64,000 bases of DNA from Isurus oxyrinchus (GCA_026770705.1 JANJGN010000026.1:31310001-31374000), one strand, 5' to 3'; shown: positions 37,471 to 51,989, counted from the first letter of the stretch. Notes: generated from the letters alone by a model not told the origin. Made by a program: numbers and translations.

Positions 37471-39085
37471 AATATAAATAGATGTTTCATCAGTCCAGCA
37501 ATAACAGAAACAGTGTCTCATATTGTATAAATGGAGAAAGAGCTTTGTGTTACATACGCAGTGATAGAGAGCATATATACGGTTCCGATCTAAGATATCC
37601 ATTTGCTTGAGGAATCGAATGACCTCAACTATCACTAATCTATGAAAATTCAGTCACCGGAGCTTACATTGATTAGACGTACGGCCACCTCCATTTGACC
37701 TTGCATGGCATGACCTATAGTCAATTCCCCACTAACAACATCCTGAACACCCGTGGCTACAGCAGCCCAACAGAGTTTGAACATTATGCGGATTCCCAAT
37801 CGTAGCTGTTGCATGTGAAGCCCATAAGATACACTGCAGCAGCACACAAAGGCTCTATTTTATTAATTTATGGGATGTGGGCTTCGCTGGCAGGGGCAGC
37901 ATTTATTGCCCACCACAAGTTGCCCTTTGGAACGTGGTGGTGAGCTTCCTTCTTCAACCACTGCGGTCTATGAGGTGTAGGTACACCCGCAGTGCTGTTA
38001 GGGAGTGCCAGGCTTTTGGCCCAGCGATAGTGGAGTAACAGCGATATATTTCCAAGTCAGGATGGTGAGTGACTTGGAGGAGAACTTCCAAGTAGTGATG
38101 TTCCTATCTCTCTGCTTCCCTTGTCCTTATAGGCTTTAGAGGTCGTGGGTTTGGAAGATGCTGTCGATGGAGCCTTGGTGAGTTCCTGCAATGCACCTTT
38201 AGGTGGTACACACTGATGCTTCTGTGCATCGGTAGTAAGTACCGCCCAAACCCATGATGTCAATCACTTAGAAGGGCAACTGAACATGGTAGAAGCATCA
38301 CATCCACTTTCCCCTCCAAGTCAAACATCATTCCAACTTATTTATATCGCCGGTCTTTCATCGACCCTGGGTCTTAATTTTGTAAATCCTAGCTAACAGC
38401 ATTGTGCAGACAACTTGCGCAGAGGGGCTGATGTGGTTCATGAAGGTTGCTCACCAGTGGGAAGTAGAAAACTGCATTAAATACCAGCCTTGATACTGAT
38501 GTTCACATCATGAGTATAGAGGCGAAATAATACGAGGAACAGCGGATACAGAATCACAAATACCTGGCGTTATCTTTCTTGCTTTTGTTAGTTCTTTCTT
38601 TCATTTTTACTGTATATTTGAATTCTTTCCTTTTTCTTCTTTCTCTATTTCAGATTTTCTCTCCTCTCCTCCCTCTTCCACTTTGATTCATTAATTCTCT
38701 TTCTGCTTTTGGAATATGATGAGTTACCTTGCATCACAAGAGTATTACTTTTTTGAGCATGACGATAAGGCAGTGATGGAACGGCGAATTTTTAAACACA
38801 AACCCCGCCCAGCACGGTGTTCTACGCAACCCGGGTCTCTCCTCCTCCTCTATGAATGACATTGTGAGCGATGCCGTCAAATGCGGCAGGAGGACGAGAC
38901 AGTTCTCCAGTTCAAACCCAGATAATTGATTCGTTACGTTTTGATAACAGCAGAATTGCACGAGACGCTTCCTCCTCTCTAGATCTACATATATGCAAAC
39001 CCGTTTTTCCACGGTACTCTAACAGATTACAACAACAAATAGAACTGCTCTTCCAAGGGGCTGTTATTGCATCATAATAGATCCC

Positions 39086-39574
39086 ATGTCGTACCGCTGT
39101 CCCGTTATATTCTGATTGGTGTTCGGCAAGTACGGCCAGGCCTGGTATCTGTTTACACTTTTGTGGTGCCATGAGGCGTTCTAACACAGTTAGGGTTATA
39201 GTTGCCCCTCAGTTCTGTTTTATTTCAAGGGAGATTCGGGCAGATTCGGTATAACAAGCTCAGATAACACTCTACGTGGCTGAATGAGATGGTGTGATAA
39301 AAGATTGTAGATAATAGACGCAACAAACTTCCGTGACCCCGATCTGTAGTGGCACTGACAGCGCACAAAGGCTCCCCGTTTTATTTTTCATCGGGATAAC
39401 AATAGGAAAATTGACATGGATTTTGCCAAGAGAAGATTCGAGGCCAAGCAGACTAAGGCAGAAAAAAAAGTTTCCTTTATCGATCACTGGAGAGGAAATC
39501 TAGGACACCGCCGCATCTTTCTGTGTGCTGAGGATCACAATTGTTTCAAACTCATCTGTCGCTGTACAAAAACT
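39086..39574 (+). pseudogene. TCR V pseudogene, inverted paralog of the 27.6-28.1 kb V
   Basis: Broken leader ...GTTCG|GCAAGT; V remnant ADSV...FAKRRFEA...FPLSITGEEI*DTAASFCVLR with several stops; CACAATT(39536)-23-ACAAAAACT; spacer AAACTCATCTGTCGCTGT shared with the 27.6 kb RSS. Confidence 0.85.
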
Positions 39575-40529
39575 TCAGCGATATAGAACTGCCATACGCT
39601 TTCTCTCCAGGTCAAACGAACATGACCTACTCTGTTAGTGCCATCCGCTGCTCAGTCGGTCTGACTCCTGCATCTGAATTATAAGCTTATAAATTCAATT
39701 CTCACTCCAGAGAGTTTAGTCCACAATTCAGGCTGATTCTCGGGTGCCAGAGGAGACGTTGAACCGAGGGTCCAGCGACTCTCTTAGATAAAAAGATTCC
39801 AGGCCTCCATTTGGTAGAACGATAGAGGATTTCTCGCAAGTTTCCTGGACCTATTCTAATGTCTAAACCGACATCACTAAAAGAGCTTACCACGTTGCCT
39901 TTTTGTGGGAGCTTGTTGTGTATATATTAGTTACCGCATTTCCTACATTTCAACAGCGGCTGCCCTGCGAATTGCTGCATTAAGGTTTTAAGGTGTGTAG
40001 GGAAGGCTGGATTTGCTCACTGCCATTGTTCGTATGTGTAACATATTAAATATTGCAATTCCTGGAACTGTCTCAACTTCTAGAATCACTTCGATGATGT
40101 TAGTTACTTGACTGGGTCTCACACCTGCACAATGGTGCGCTGTGCCTTCAAAGGAGCTGAGAGGATTTGCAACAATTTGCAAAAAATATTTGAGCAGAGA
40201 CCCGAAACAACTCTTAATATCTGAGCGATCAATGTAAGGGTGAACACAGAGCAGCTTACCGCTGATTTCAACGAGCTTCATTAACTTTCATCCGGCTTTC
40301 TCCTCCATGTTTTGTTTACACACATCCTCCAAATCAAGATTTTGGATAACTCAGTGTTATTTGGGAAAGTCAGATGGGAAACTCAGGATGGCAGCTATTT
40401 TCAGTAACATGTTAAAAATATAATCCACTATATTAGTCGAAATTCTATTCCCTTGCTCTTTGTGATCTGAAGCAACGGTTTACTTCCAATGCTTGTTAAA
40501 GTCAAAGGTTAACTTCAGTTACCTGGATG

Positions 40530-41600
40530 GCTGACGGACAGCAGAGAGCGTGGAGAAATGGCTCTTCTTCGGTTTGGCAGGATGTAATGAGAGGAGTCTG
40601 TATGGGGCCTCATCTTTTTAACGATTTACATCAATTATTTGGATGAGGTGAGTGAAGTCATGCTAGCTAAATTTGCAGATGACACAGAGATAGGTAGGAA
40701 AGTATGCTGCGAAGAGGGCATGAGGAGGTTGCAGGTGGATATGGATAGGTTGAGTGAGTGGGCAGAGACCTGATAAATTGAGTGTAATGTGGGAAAATAT
40801 GAAGGTGTTCACTTTGGCAGGGAGAAGAAAAAAGCAAAGTATTACTTAAATGGATAATGACTGCATAATTCTGAGGTACAGATGGATTCATGTGTTCTAG
40901 CTCATGAGTCACAAAAAGTGATTTTGCGGACGCTGGAAATAAGTAAGAAGGCTAATGGAATGCTATGATTTATTACGAGAGGGATTGAATATAAAAGTAC
41001 AAATGATATGCTTCAGTTATACAGCACATTGTTGAGACGGCACCTCGAATACTGTGTGCTGTTCTGTTCTACTTTTTTAGGGAAGGTTGTAAATGCATTA
41101 CAGGTGGTTGAAAGGAGATTTACTAGATTGATGTCTGGAATGAGTGGGTTGTCTTATGAGGAAAGGTTGGACAGACTGGGTTTGTTTCCACTGGAGTTTA
41201 GAAGAGTGAGGGGTGATTTCATTGACGTATACAAAATCCTGAACGGCCTTGACAAGGTGGACGTCAAAAGAATGTTCCCTCTTGTGGGTGAGCCCAGAAC
41301 TAGGGGGCACTGTTTTAAAATAAGTGTTCATCCTTTCAGAACAGAGATGAGGAGAATTTTCTTCTCTCAGAGGGTTGTGCGTCCTTGGAACTCTGCCTCA
41401 GAAGGCAGTGGAGGCGGGGTCATTGAATAGTTTTAAGCAGAGGTAGACAGATTCTTGTTAGGCAAGGGAATCACAGTTATCTGGGTTAGATAGGAATGTG
41501 GAAATCAAAACACAAGAAGATCAGCCACGATCTTATTGAATGGCGGAGCAGGCTCGTGGGGCCGAATGGTCCACTCCTGTTCCCAGTACTATGTTCTTAT
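40530..41600 (+). mobile_element. CR1 LINE, 5'-truncated
   Basis: KFADDT, LYSTLLR.HLEYCV, RGDFIDVYKIL; same family as 2530-3720. Confidence 0.9.
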
Positions 41601-42111
41601 GTAATCAGTTCTTATACCTTTGAAAGCCTTTTTTGTGCTCGCTGTGTGAGGGTCGGAGAAGATGTGTTGTTAAGCGCCAACAATGATTTCAACCAGTTCA
41701 CTTGGATATCTCTTAACATATTTTGGGAACATTAAAGCATCAAAAAAAGTTTTTTAAAAATACACAGACTAATCTGACACCAAAAAGCACAAAATAATGG
41801 GGCACGTGACAATGATTGGAAGAGACGGTCTTTGCTTCGGGATCGGGTAACAAGCTCAGTGTCTGCCATCGTCGGCTGCTCTTGAGGAAGACCCAAAGAC
41901 ACGGTTGTGGGGAGGGGGAACCACATAATTTTCAGCAGTTAGCCCAGAGGAACAAATGGAAGAGAGAAACAGTGAGTCAATCTGTTTGTTCACTGACCTG
42001 TAACTAAGGTGCAGATTGTAATTTAATTGTCCCTCTGGAGACTGTCATTTAGAATAAATGAGGGATGCTTTGATACACATCTTCGGTAATTCCTTGAGTT
42101 TCTGAGAGACG

Positions 42112-44562
42112 ATGCACGGGCCAGCGAAAGGCCTCTTCTTCGCTATTTGCTATCCCATTCTCGCTGTTATTGGTGTGCCTGGTAAGTGATGAATCCCGAA
42201 TAAATGTTTGTGTTGATGTAAATCTCCAGATGTTTAGTCTCTTCTCTTCAGAGTCTGCATTTAAGGGAGTTCAATCGAATTATATCGGTGCTCTGTATGA
42301 TATTATACTGTGTTATGTTGGATTATAGCTCTACTTGCGCTTGCATTATGGGGCATTGCAAAATATTATTCAATTTATTATGCTGCATATTTAGAGAAAT
42401 GCTTTTTATTAGAATGCTGAGATATGAATTGTAATGTTTGCCTTTGCATAGACATTAACCTGTTATATTGTTGAACATCGTGTTTTATTCTAATCCAGTC
42501 AAATGCAATGTAGCATTTTGAGTATTGAGCGAGATCATTGCATATCATCATGTACTGACCTGCATTTTCGTGCGCTGGTCCTATCAATATATCAGAAAAC
42601 TAATTGTTACAGTGCAATTATTCAATTAAATGAATTGTAATATAAAATACTTTCAGTGATAATACACATATACAATGCAACCTCTAGAAGTATGTAAAAT
42701 TTACAGTATGATTTCCCACTGGGCAGTCCTAATTGTTAATCTGGCTTTGGGATTTAATTATGGAATCGTTTGAAAAAGGGGAGTGAGGTCTCAACATTTT
42801 TAATGTGCTTTGCTTTGTGCTGGTAGGTCTTATAAATTTTGGATAGTTATATTTTTAATCATCAGCGGGATGTGGGTGTCCGTGACAAGATCAACATTTA
42901 TTGCTCTTCACTAGTTTCCACTTCAGAAAGTGGGGTTGCATATGTTTCTTCAGCCGATCCTGTATGTATGGCACGGATGCTTCACAGGAACTTCACCTGA
43001 TTAATTTCATACTGAACGGCGCAAGGGGATATTTGACCAAAGGGTACTCACAGAGTTTACTTCTAAGGAGCGTTCTAAAGAGGAAAGAAGAGCTGGAGCC
43101 GTAGAGGGAGGGGTTTTCAGAGATCAGAGCGTCGGCAGCTAAACGCTGAACCTCTACAAATGAAAAGATTAATGCCAGGGGCACGAAACTGCAGAATTGG
43201 AAGCATATGATGGATCTCAGACAGTTGCAGTGTGTTACAGGAATTGAAGAAGGCGAGATAACAGAAGAAATTAAAAATAGACGGACGAGGTTATTAAAAC
43301 AGAGACGTTGCCATTCAGGGGGGCATTGGGCTGATGGATGGGCGGAACTTTTGCCGTTTTATGCCAATAAGGGCAGCGGTAGCAAATGTTTCAGATAATC
43401 TTAAATTGGATAGTTAGGCCTGAAGATTGCCTCAGTGTATAGAGAGTGAAGTTTGGAGTGAGAATGAGTGGATTGCCTCATGTTTTGACTAATAGTTAAT
43501 CCAGCATTGGATGTCGGACAATTACCAAAGACTTGACAGTAGTCGCAGCCTGGAGGTGGCAAAATGACGGGTAAGGAGGGTTTAAGTAACAGATTCGATG
43601 AGGCAGTATCTCATGTTTGGAATCCGCTTGGTAACATCTCTACCCCTTTATCCCTCACAGCCAACTTGCTAGCGATCGTAATTCTATCTCGAGGGTGCTG
43701 CGGGCTCTCCCGCTGCACCACCTACTACCTGGTGGCAATCGCGGTGAGCGATTTCCTGGTCATCATCACCGCCGGCATCCTCAACCGGATCGGCCGCATC
43801 TACTTTCAGGACAGTGTCCTCTCCACCACTCCCGCATGCGCACTCAGCAATGTGCTGGTCTTTACCATCCGGGATGTGTCAGTCTGGCTGACGGTCGCCT
43901 TCACCATTGACCGTTTTGTGGCCATCTGCTGTCAGAGCCTGAAGACCAGATATTGCACTGAGAAAACTGCGTTGCTGGTTATAGGACTGGTCAGCGCCCT
44001 GAGCTGCGTGAGGAATGCCCCTTTCTACTTCAGCTACCAGCCTTTGTACATCCTGGACGGAGTGTCCTGGTTCTGTGCCATTAAGCCTGCCTTTTATATT
44101 CTTACCGCCTGGCATGCCTTTGATTGGCTGGACCGCATCTTAACCCCCTTTCTCCCATTCCTCCTTATTCTGCTTCTCAACGCCCTGACCGTAAGGCACA
44201 TTCTAATGGCCAGCAGAGCCCGCAGGAGGCTCCGGGGCACCGAGAGTCACGGAGACCAGGAAATCATCAATCGCAAGCGGTCCATTGTCCTGCTTTTTGC
44301 CATCTCGCTCAGCTTCCTCCTCCTGTGGGCCATCTTTGTTGGACATTTCCTCTATGTGCGGATTACAGGCGAGGGCTATCTTACCAGCCTGAATTTCAAT
44401 GATCCAGATTACATCGTTCAGGAGACCACCAACATGCTCCAGTTGTTCAGTTCCTGCAACAATGTCTTCATCTATGCCGTGGCCCAGAACAAGTTCCGAG
44501 AACAGCTGAAGAAAGTCATGATGTGTCCCTTCACCACGGTCACTGTTTGCTTTAAATGGTAA
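42112..44562 (+). CDS. intact two-exon class A GPCR, GPR139-like (join 42112-42181, 43661-44562; 323 aa)
   Basis: Exon 1 MHGPAKGLFFAICYPILAVIGVP|GTAAGT; CACAG acceptor; ANLLAIVILSRG.CGLS.C.TYYLVA, SVWLTVAFTIDRFVAIC, PF..ILLLN, N.FIY...Q.KFR; seven hydrophobic segments. Confidence 0.9.
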
Positions 44563-45897
44563 AAACAGGTTAAAACACCTTTGCGTTAATTCACTTCCAT
44601 CAGAGTAGTTCATTGTGTCACTATGTCCAGCATAAAAAAGTCCTAGGCTCTGTCTTTCGGACTTCAGAGATGTAAGGCCCGTATTCCAATGGTGACAGTC
44701 CCCCTGTGTGAAGGGATTTTGAAATATCACAGTTGCTGCCTGCCTAGATGAGATACAAAGGCTGATTCTTCCTTTCTCTTTCTTTCTTTCCTTCTTTCTT
44801 CCTTTCTCAGTCATACCGCTAAGTCTCTAACCCCTCGAAGTTTACACCGAATACAGAAAGGAAAGCATTTGAACAAATGGGAAATTCTTCCTTTCTTAGT
44901 GAATCGTGATCTGAAATTTGTTGCCTGAAAGGGAGCTGGGCGCACAGTGGATTAAAATTTTCAAATGTTCATTAATAAATACTGGAACAGGACGACATTT
45001 GGAAAAGAGCAAGGGAAACTAAGTAACTTGATGGATCTATCAGAAACCTGGAATACACATCGTGGCCTACTGATCTCCTCCAAAACTCTATTGTTACACA
45101 ACACTGCAGTGGTATTTCACACTGGATGAAGACCCTTATAAGAAATGCTGCAGCTAATTGCTCAGCGTCAGATCCTCAATCTCATTCGGAACATTGAAGG
45201 CCACCTATCTGCTCATCGGTTGGTGAGAGAGTTTGGGTGGGAGCAAAATAAAGCAAATGCTGGAAATCAGAAATAAAAACAGAAAAGGTTGGAAAACTCA
45301 GCAGGCCTGACAGTGTCTGTGGAAGAGTCATGAGGACATGAAACGTTAACTTTGTTCCTCTTTCCACAGATGCTGCCAGGCATATTGAGTTTTTCCTGTA
45401 TTTTCCATTTTTATTTCAGAGTGTAGATGGATGCGGGAGGTTCAAAACACAGCAAAACAATGACATACCCTCTTATAATATTAACAGCGACAGTGGATGA
45501 TCTAATGAAATGAAAACAAAACAGGTGTCTGCTGTCACATGAACAGAGTCGAAATATGTCATGATGTAATCACAAGATATGAACTAATCTCCTGAAGAGA
45601 ACCGGTTTAATTTAATAGAGACATGTTCTCATAAATTCATACCAGAGAAATGAACTAATCTAATGTAAACGTGTATCTGTTTTACTTCATCAATAACTGA
45701 GCCAGAAATTCACGTTATATAAAAAGAGAAACTCTGAAGTGTAATCAAAGTTTAAACAGGGTCGCCTGTTATTTAAGCAATGGCATGTCCTTGCACAATG
45801 TTAAATGAGACCTGGTGTGTGTAAGATAACCAGTGACTTGCATTTGCAAACGGAATGATGTGTTTTGTACACACATGCGCTTTAGATAGTGTATATG

Positions 45898-47290
45898 TGT
45901 TGTAGTCACTTTGACAAACGGACCACAGGAGTCTCAGGTGCAGGTCACGATCGTTTATTCGAGCAATTGCAAGGAGAGAACCATCTCAATACAGCTTGAG
46001 ATAGCACTCTGCTAAATTACAAGTGTTCAACATATTAATACATTATTGGTCACATACAAGAACAGTTTCCAGATTCCGATCTCGTCAACATGTAGGTTTA
46101 CATTAAACATAAATCTCTGGTAACAGGTACATGCATTGCATGTCCCTATTTTCACCCAGGCAGAGACTTTCCCTCCCATCTAAACTGGGACCATCTGTCC
46201 TTCTCCTATCTGTTGAAGAGCACACATAAACTTCGTTGTTTTCCAACCTAAGTCTCCAGTCTAACTCCCAGGACCTTGCTAGTGATTGCAAACCCTGAGG
46301 GTGGACAAAGTTTGAGAGTGTGTCAGGTTCATCCGGTTTAACTGTTTAATTGTTGATTTACTGGTTTGTGCTGGCCTGCCTATAGATTCTAATTTAAATA
46401 ATTCATTCCCTTATAATGAATTCTCCCTTACCATAAATTCTCATTTACTTTCTTCCCCCTAACAGGCCCTTTTGGCCCATGGACTAGCCCAAGGCAGCCA
46501 ACAATAGTGATACTGTCCGTCCCTTTACACACCGTTGCCCATTGATGCTGGCCAGTCGTCCAGCTTTGGATTGTAATGGCTACTGCCAGGTCACCTGTGT
46601 CATCTGGCCCTCCAATTCAAGCCTCTGGCTTCAAAAACTCCCCCAGCACCACCTCTTTTGCCACTTTTGGGTACGATGAATCAAGTATCTTAAATATGTA
46701 ACTAGTATCAGCTGAATCACAACCAGTGCATAGGAGGTCGTCCGAATCCACGGCTGTATTTGTACATTTGAGCCCCAATTCCTCCACCACCATGTGGAGG
46801 AAGCTATTTGCTCGATATCCTCTTTTAATGCTCCACCCTGTTGCTGTAGTTTATAATATGTTTTGTATATCTGCTGAGCCTGTCTCCGAATTTTGGTTAG
46901 GTGCTCGGGTAAAGTGGGAGTTTCATGGGACAACTGGTTGAAATACTGTGCCTCGTTATCCTTACGGCTTTCCTTGACCTTAATAGTAGTCGTTCTTCTC
47001 TTGTACATTTCAACCAGTTCCACTTACCCTACCCTTGCTGGCGCCTGTGAGTGTTGGCACACTGAATGATTATGTATGGTCACATCGGTTGTTCCCATAT
47101 TGGATCTTCTGCTGCCACGTGGTAATACAATCTCTCCCATTCCCCATGTATGCAACATGTGTCGGTTCTTTTGCATGGTGCTGCCAAAGCTTATTTTGTT
47201 TATTCGAAACTGTGAAATATTGTGGCTGTATTCTGATAGTAAGCAACCGGGATTTTGAACTTTGTCTACTTTAAACAAAACATTAGTGGT
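45898..47290 (-). mobile_element. LTR-retroelement/ERV remnant: env-like 3' end plus putative 3' LTR (46464-45898)
   Basis: TGTT...ACAACA boundaries, AATAAA ~55 bp from the end; upstream ORF with a heptad region, Trp-rich STWWWRNW, a TM segment and a basic tail. Confidence 0.6.
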
Positions 47291-47311
47291 CCCTAACTGC
47301 TTGATAACACA

Positions 47312-50028
47312 CTATTTAAAGCAAAAGGCAAGGGTCGCAAAGGGACATTTCAGCACCTTCTTCACCTCATCCCTGAACTTGGTCTGGGCTACTGCGAAGA
47401 TGAAGATGTTATTGCAGGAACAGAATAACAGGAGCATGTTGGCTGTCTCCTGAAGGATGAAGTGCGGGTCATTGAAATCTAGGCCAGTGAAATAGGCATC
47501 ATCTGCAACCTGCACGTAGAGGAAATGTCCGACATAGGTGACCCACAGGAGGAGGAAGCTGAAGGAGGCGGCAAAGAGCAGGACAATGGACCTCTTGTGG
47601 TTGGCAATATCCGGGTGTCCATGACCCTTGATGTCCCGGAGCGTCCTGCATGTTCTGCTAAGATGTGCCTTACGGTCGGGGCATTGAGCAGCAGAATGAG
47701 GTGGAATGGGAGGAAAGGGATCAAGATGTGATCTAGCCAGTCGTAGGCCTGCCAGGTGGGCAAAATGTAGTAGCTGGACTTAATGTGGCAGAACCAAGGC
47801 ACCCCGTCCAGAATATACCAGGGCTGGTAGGTGAAGTAGAAAGGGACGTTCTTGGTGCAGCCCAGGGCACTGACCAGTCCTATAACCAATAACGCAGTTT
47901 TCTCAGTGCAGTATCTGGTCTTCGGGCCCTGACTGCAGATGGACACAAAACGGTCAAAAATTAAGGTCACTGTCAGCCAGACTGAGACATCCCGGGTGGC
48001 ATAGACAAGCACAGTGCTGACAGCGCACCCTGGAGTGGTAGATAGGACACTATACCTAAAGTAAATGCCACCAATCCGGTTGAGGATAACGGCATCGCTC
48101 ATGACAAGGACATCAGTCACCGCTATCGCCACCAGGTAGTTAGTGATGCATCGGGAGAGCCCGCACCGCCCTCGGGATAGGATTATGATCACCACCAAGT
48201 TGGATGTAAGAAATAAAAAGAGAGAAAAAAAAACTGAGAGAACTCCAGACACCATCTACTGCCTCATCCAATCTATTGCTGAAACTCTGATGATCAGTCC
48301 CTTCACCACCTCCAGACTCCAATTATTCCAAATTAGTTGCTAACTGTTCGACATCCAATGTTGCATTGAACATTTGTCAACACAGAGGACATTACAATCA
48401 GTTCTGGTCACAAACTCTGCCCTCTGTCCACTGATCCCATTCCCGTGGCTCGCTATCTTCTGAGGTTTGAAACACTTTCCAATAGTTATCTCTTGTTTGA
48501 CCGTGAGATAAACTTCCAAACGCCCACTTCCCCATGTCTATCATAAACACCGACACTTTTTCCTTCAACCTTTCTAATACAGCCCATAATATTACCAGTC
48601 TCTAACCTGCCTTAGCTTAACCGCTACTGAAACCCGTATCCATGCTATTCTTATAGCTAGGCTCATGACAATTGGAATAGTTTTTTGGGCGGTATATAAC
48701 TTCGCATCTTTATTGAACTTCAAGTCATCCAAAAAAAATATTTGCTCCCCATACCCTTACCCACACCAAGTCCCGTTGACCAATCACCACTCTGCTCACT
48801 GAGCTGCACTGGACCCTTGTCCGTCAAAGCCTCTATTTCAATATTTTCTTCCTGACTTTCAAACCAATAGTCAGTGTCGCCACTCCAGTTCCCTGTAAAG
48901 TCCTGCAGCCTTACAACGATCTGAGATCACAGCGTACATCCAACTCTGGCCCCACGAGCATCCCTGATATTAACCGCTCCATCACAAAAGGTTATGCCTT
49001 CATCTTCTGAGATAAATAATTCCGGCCCCACCCTCAACGGCTCCGTCTCTCTTTTCTTATTTACAATTGTTTTTAATAACGTACTTCTTTGATCAAACGT
49101 TTGGACATCTGGCCTCATATATCTTTGTGCGATTCCTTATCAAATTTGTTTGTCAAAACTTTTGGGAAACATTTGCACCATTCGTGCTGCAGAGACTCAA
49201 GAAAAAAATGCAACTCAGATTCCTCAAGTGGAAAGGAGGGATGGGCAATACATTCTGACCCTCCCAGTGCCAACCACATCGCGTGATTCAATAAAAAAAT
49301 ATAATTATCCAAAGTAAAATCCAAATGCATAAAAGCTAACACCACACAACAAAATACACAATTGGTTAAAAATCTTGCACCCCCATTCACCTCTGTCAAA
49401 CGTTTCCATCATTCATTCCTATGGTCACATTTACAAAAGGAATTGCCCAGGGGAACGCACAACATTGTAACGAGAACGTGCTTTCAGGCGTCGCCCTGCA
49501 GATTAGTGGAATCATTGAATGAATTTTAACATCACGATGTATCTTGAATAATGATCGCACTTTAGATTTATTTTCAGGTACTTTAATAAAACCAGTGCAC
49601 GGGAATGCATTTTATGGCTCTAAGATACGCTATTGTTCCATCTAACACTAAAACACCAGAATGCATTTCACTACATTAGAATAATTTCTATTGTTCAACA
49701 ACACAGTGTGTGTAAAGTCCCATGCATTATAATTAACATTTCTGCAATCTAATAAACAGTTGATCGCTAAGTGCGCAGTGTAATATGCTGAACATTACAA
49801 GTACAAGTAATGCACTATAATACACCATAATCCAGTAAGTCCTCTATATTCAGACAGTGCCGATTATTGGGAAAGTTCATCGCGATCCACAAAGGGAAGG
49901 GGCAGAATTTAGGAGATTTACAAAACAATAAAGAATTTATTTGGGATTCATAGCTCACCCGGGACACCACTAAACGCGAGAACGGGATAGTAAATGGCAT
50001 AGAATCCTCCATTCGCTAGCCCGTGCAT
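47312..50028 (-). pseudogene. GPR139-like GPCR pseudogene (exons 50028-49959 and 48203-47312)
   Basis: Exon 1 MHGLANGGFYAIYYPVLAFSGVP|GTGAGC; acceptor mutated AG>AT (TACAT|CCAAC); frameshift near 47655; clearly paralogous to the + copy. Confidence 0.88.
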
Positions 50029-50739
50029 GGTCTGTCAGAAACCAAGGAGATTCTGAATGCTGCACATCTTAAATGTGCGGCGCTTTGAAATAGTCCCTCA
50101 TTTATACCAGTTGACAGTCTCCAGGGGGGCAATTAAGTTAGAACATACACTTTAGTTACAGGTCGGTGAGCAAACAGATGAGGCGATAGTTTCATGACTT
50201 TCATTTCTAATATTGGTAAGGTAGATAAATCCATTGCCATTGAGGGTGAACAGTTGCCTGCAAATCCTGCGGTCGCTCCTCCCCAAAAACCATGTCTTAG
50301 CGTCTCCATCAATCAGAGTCCCTGTTGAAAATGCTGAGCTGAAGTCCCATCTCTAATCCAAAACCACCTCTTCCCAGCCCTGTCATATCCCCAATTATTT
50401 TGTGCTTTTAGTTATCTGTTTGGTTTCTTTGCAAGTGTTCCAGTGGTTAGTGCCTTCATGTTATTCAAATATTTAAATAGATTTACAACTGAACAACTTG
50501 AAATAACTATTAGCTAACATGGGAGGACATAAGAAGTCGAGCTCATCGCTTGCAAACCCTGGGCCATGTGGAAACAGCAGAAAATTTGTTAGTCCCGATA
50601 AATCACCAACACTGAAAGTGCATCCAGGTTTGGAGTTTGAATTTAGAGTTTCTAGTGAAGGAACAAGTGACACATTCCCTGGCGTGATACAAACTGGGGC
50701 ATCATTGGGGAAAGTAACACTGAGAGATGGCTTAAAATT

Positions 50740-51280
50740 AATAGCACCAAGTGCAGTAGCAACGGAGACACGACCAACATAATGTAGAACAATGCTTGCC
50801 CTACTGCAGCCGTAACTGAGACAAAGCCTCGTGTGACATGAACAGCGACAGGATGTATTGGAATATAAATGAAAAAACATGGTCTCGTGCTGTGATAATT
50901 AAGTACAATGTAAACACAGTCGAGAACGATAATTCACATTTCGTCTAATATAAACAGAAGATTGTTCTAGTGCAATGATAACTGAGCTGGCGCCCAGTTT
51001 AACACAGGCAGGGAAATGGTCACGTCAAGTAATTACTGGGCAAGAGTTTTATGTATAGAGACAAGTGCAGCAATAATAGAGGCAGCGTCAATGTAATACA
51101 GAATGCTACATCGTTCAGTGTGGTAATATCTGAGACAGCGCCTAGTATAATGCAGACAGGGACATGGGCTAACATTATATAAACAGAGACAGGATCCAGT
51201 GCAATATAAACAGAGGTATGGCCTCGGGTAATATAAACAAAGACAACATGTCCTGTAATATAAATAGTAATAGGTCACAC
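50740..51280. repeat. decayed ~30-bp satellite
   Basis: CTAGTG.AATATAAAC.GAGACA-like words. Confidence 0.65.
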
Positions 51281-51989
51281 AATCATGATTGATGGTGTTA
51301 TCGACATCACAGCTGTGCAGGGTATCCGCAATGTCCTAATGTCCACTCAGATACAGAAATAGCACCAGAAAGTCCTTTGTTCACGTGTTGCTTTGCGGCA
51401 GAGTCGAAGGTCAAACAAATTCAGAACAACTTCTACCTTATTTTAGTTCTGAGTAAAACAGCTGCCCATCTCACATTTTAAATAACTTTTTTCCCTGCTG
51501 ATCGATTAACAGAGAACAACCCGATCTGACCGTGGGAGCCATCACAGAATCAGATTTGAAGACATCCATTCTAATCCCCACCCTCAATAATTTGCTGTCT
51601 TGTCTCACGCTTCTTTCACTTCACTTCTTTGTGTCTCCCTTGGTCTGTGAGATCCATCGGTGATGAGCTGTCTGGCACTGAATGGAAACGTCCCGAGCTG
51701 GGGTCCGGTCAGTGTCCTGATGGAGGAATGGCTGCGCTTTTCGAGACTGGAGTGGGGGGAATGAAACTCTGGTCTGTTCATTATCGCCAGCAAACTTGGG
51801 ATTGTTAATGGTGACAGAAAACATCCCAGCATTAAGGAAACATTCTAAAGCCGAATCTGCACTTGGGTTTTGCTTTAAAGATCTCAGCCACTATCTGGTG
51901 ATAGCTGCTCACTGTGCATAAACACGGCCATGGCCCATTCACCAAGGAAGTAAATCGAAACCCAACCTCCTGTTCTTCCTCTCTACCCT

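Noticed and set aside
43564-43660. N-terminus MTGKEGLSN... of the 332-aa ORF
   Set aside because: Intronic read-through of L2-like sequence; a proper exon 1 with TM1 exists at 42112-42181 and is conserved in the paralog
44203-44814. 203-aa minus-strand ORF
   Set aside because: Antisense shadow of the GPCR exon
50473-50880. ORFs upstream of the GPCR pseudogene
   Set aside because: No recognisable motifs; partly decayed satellite
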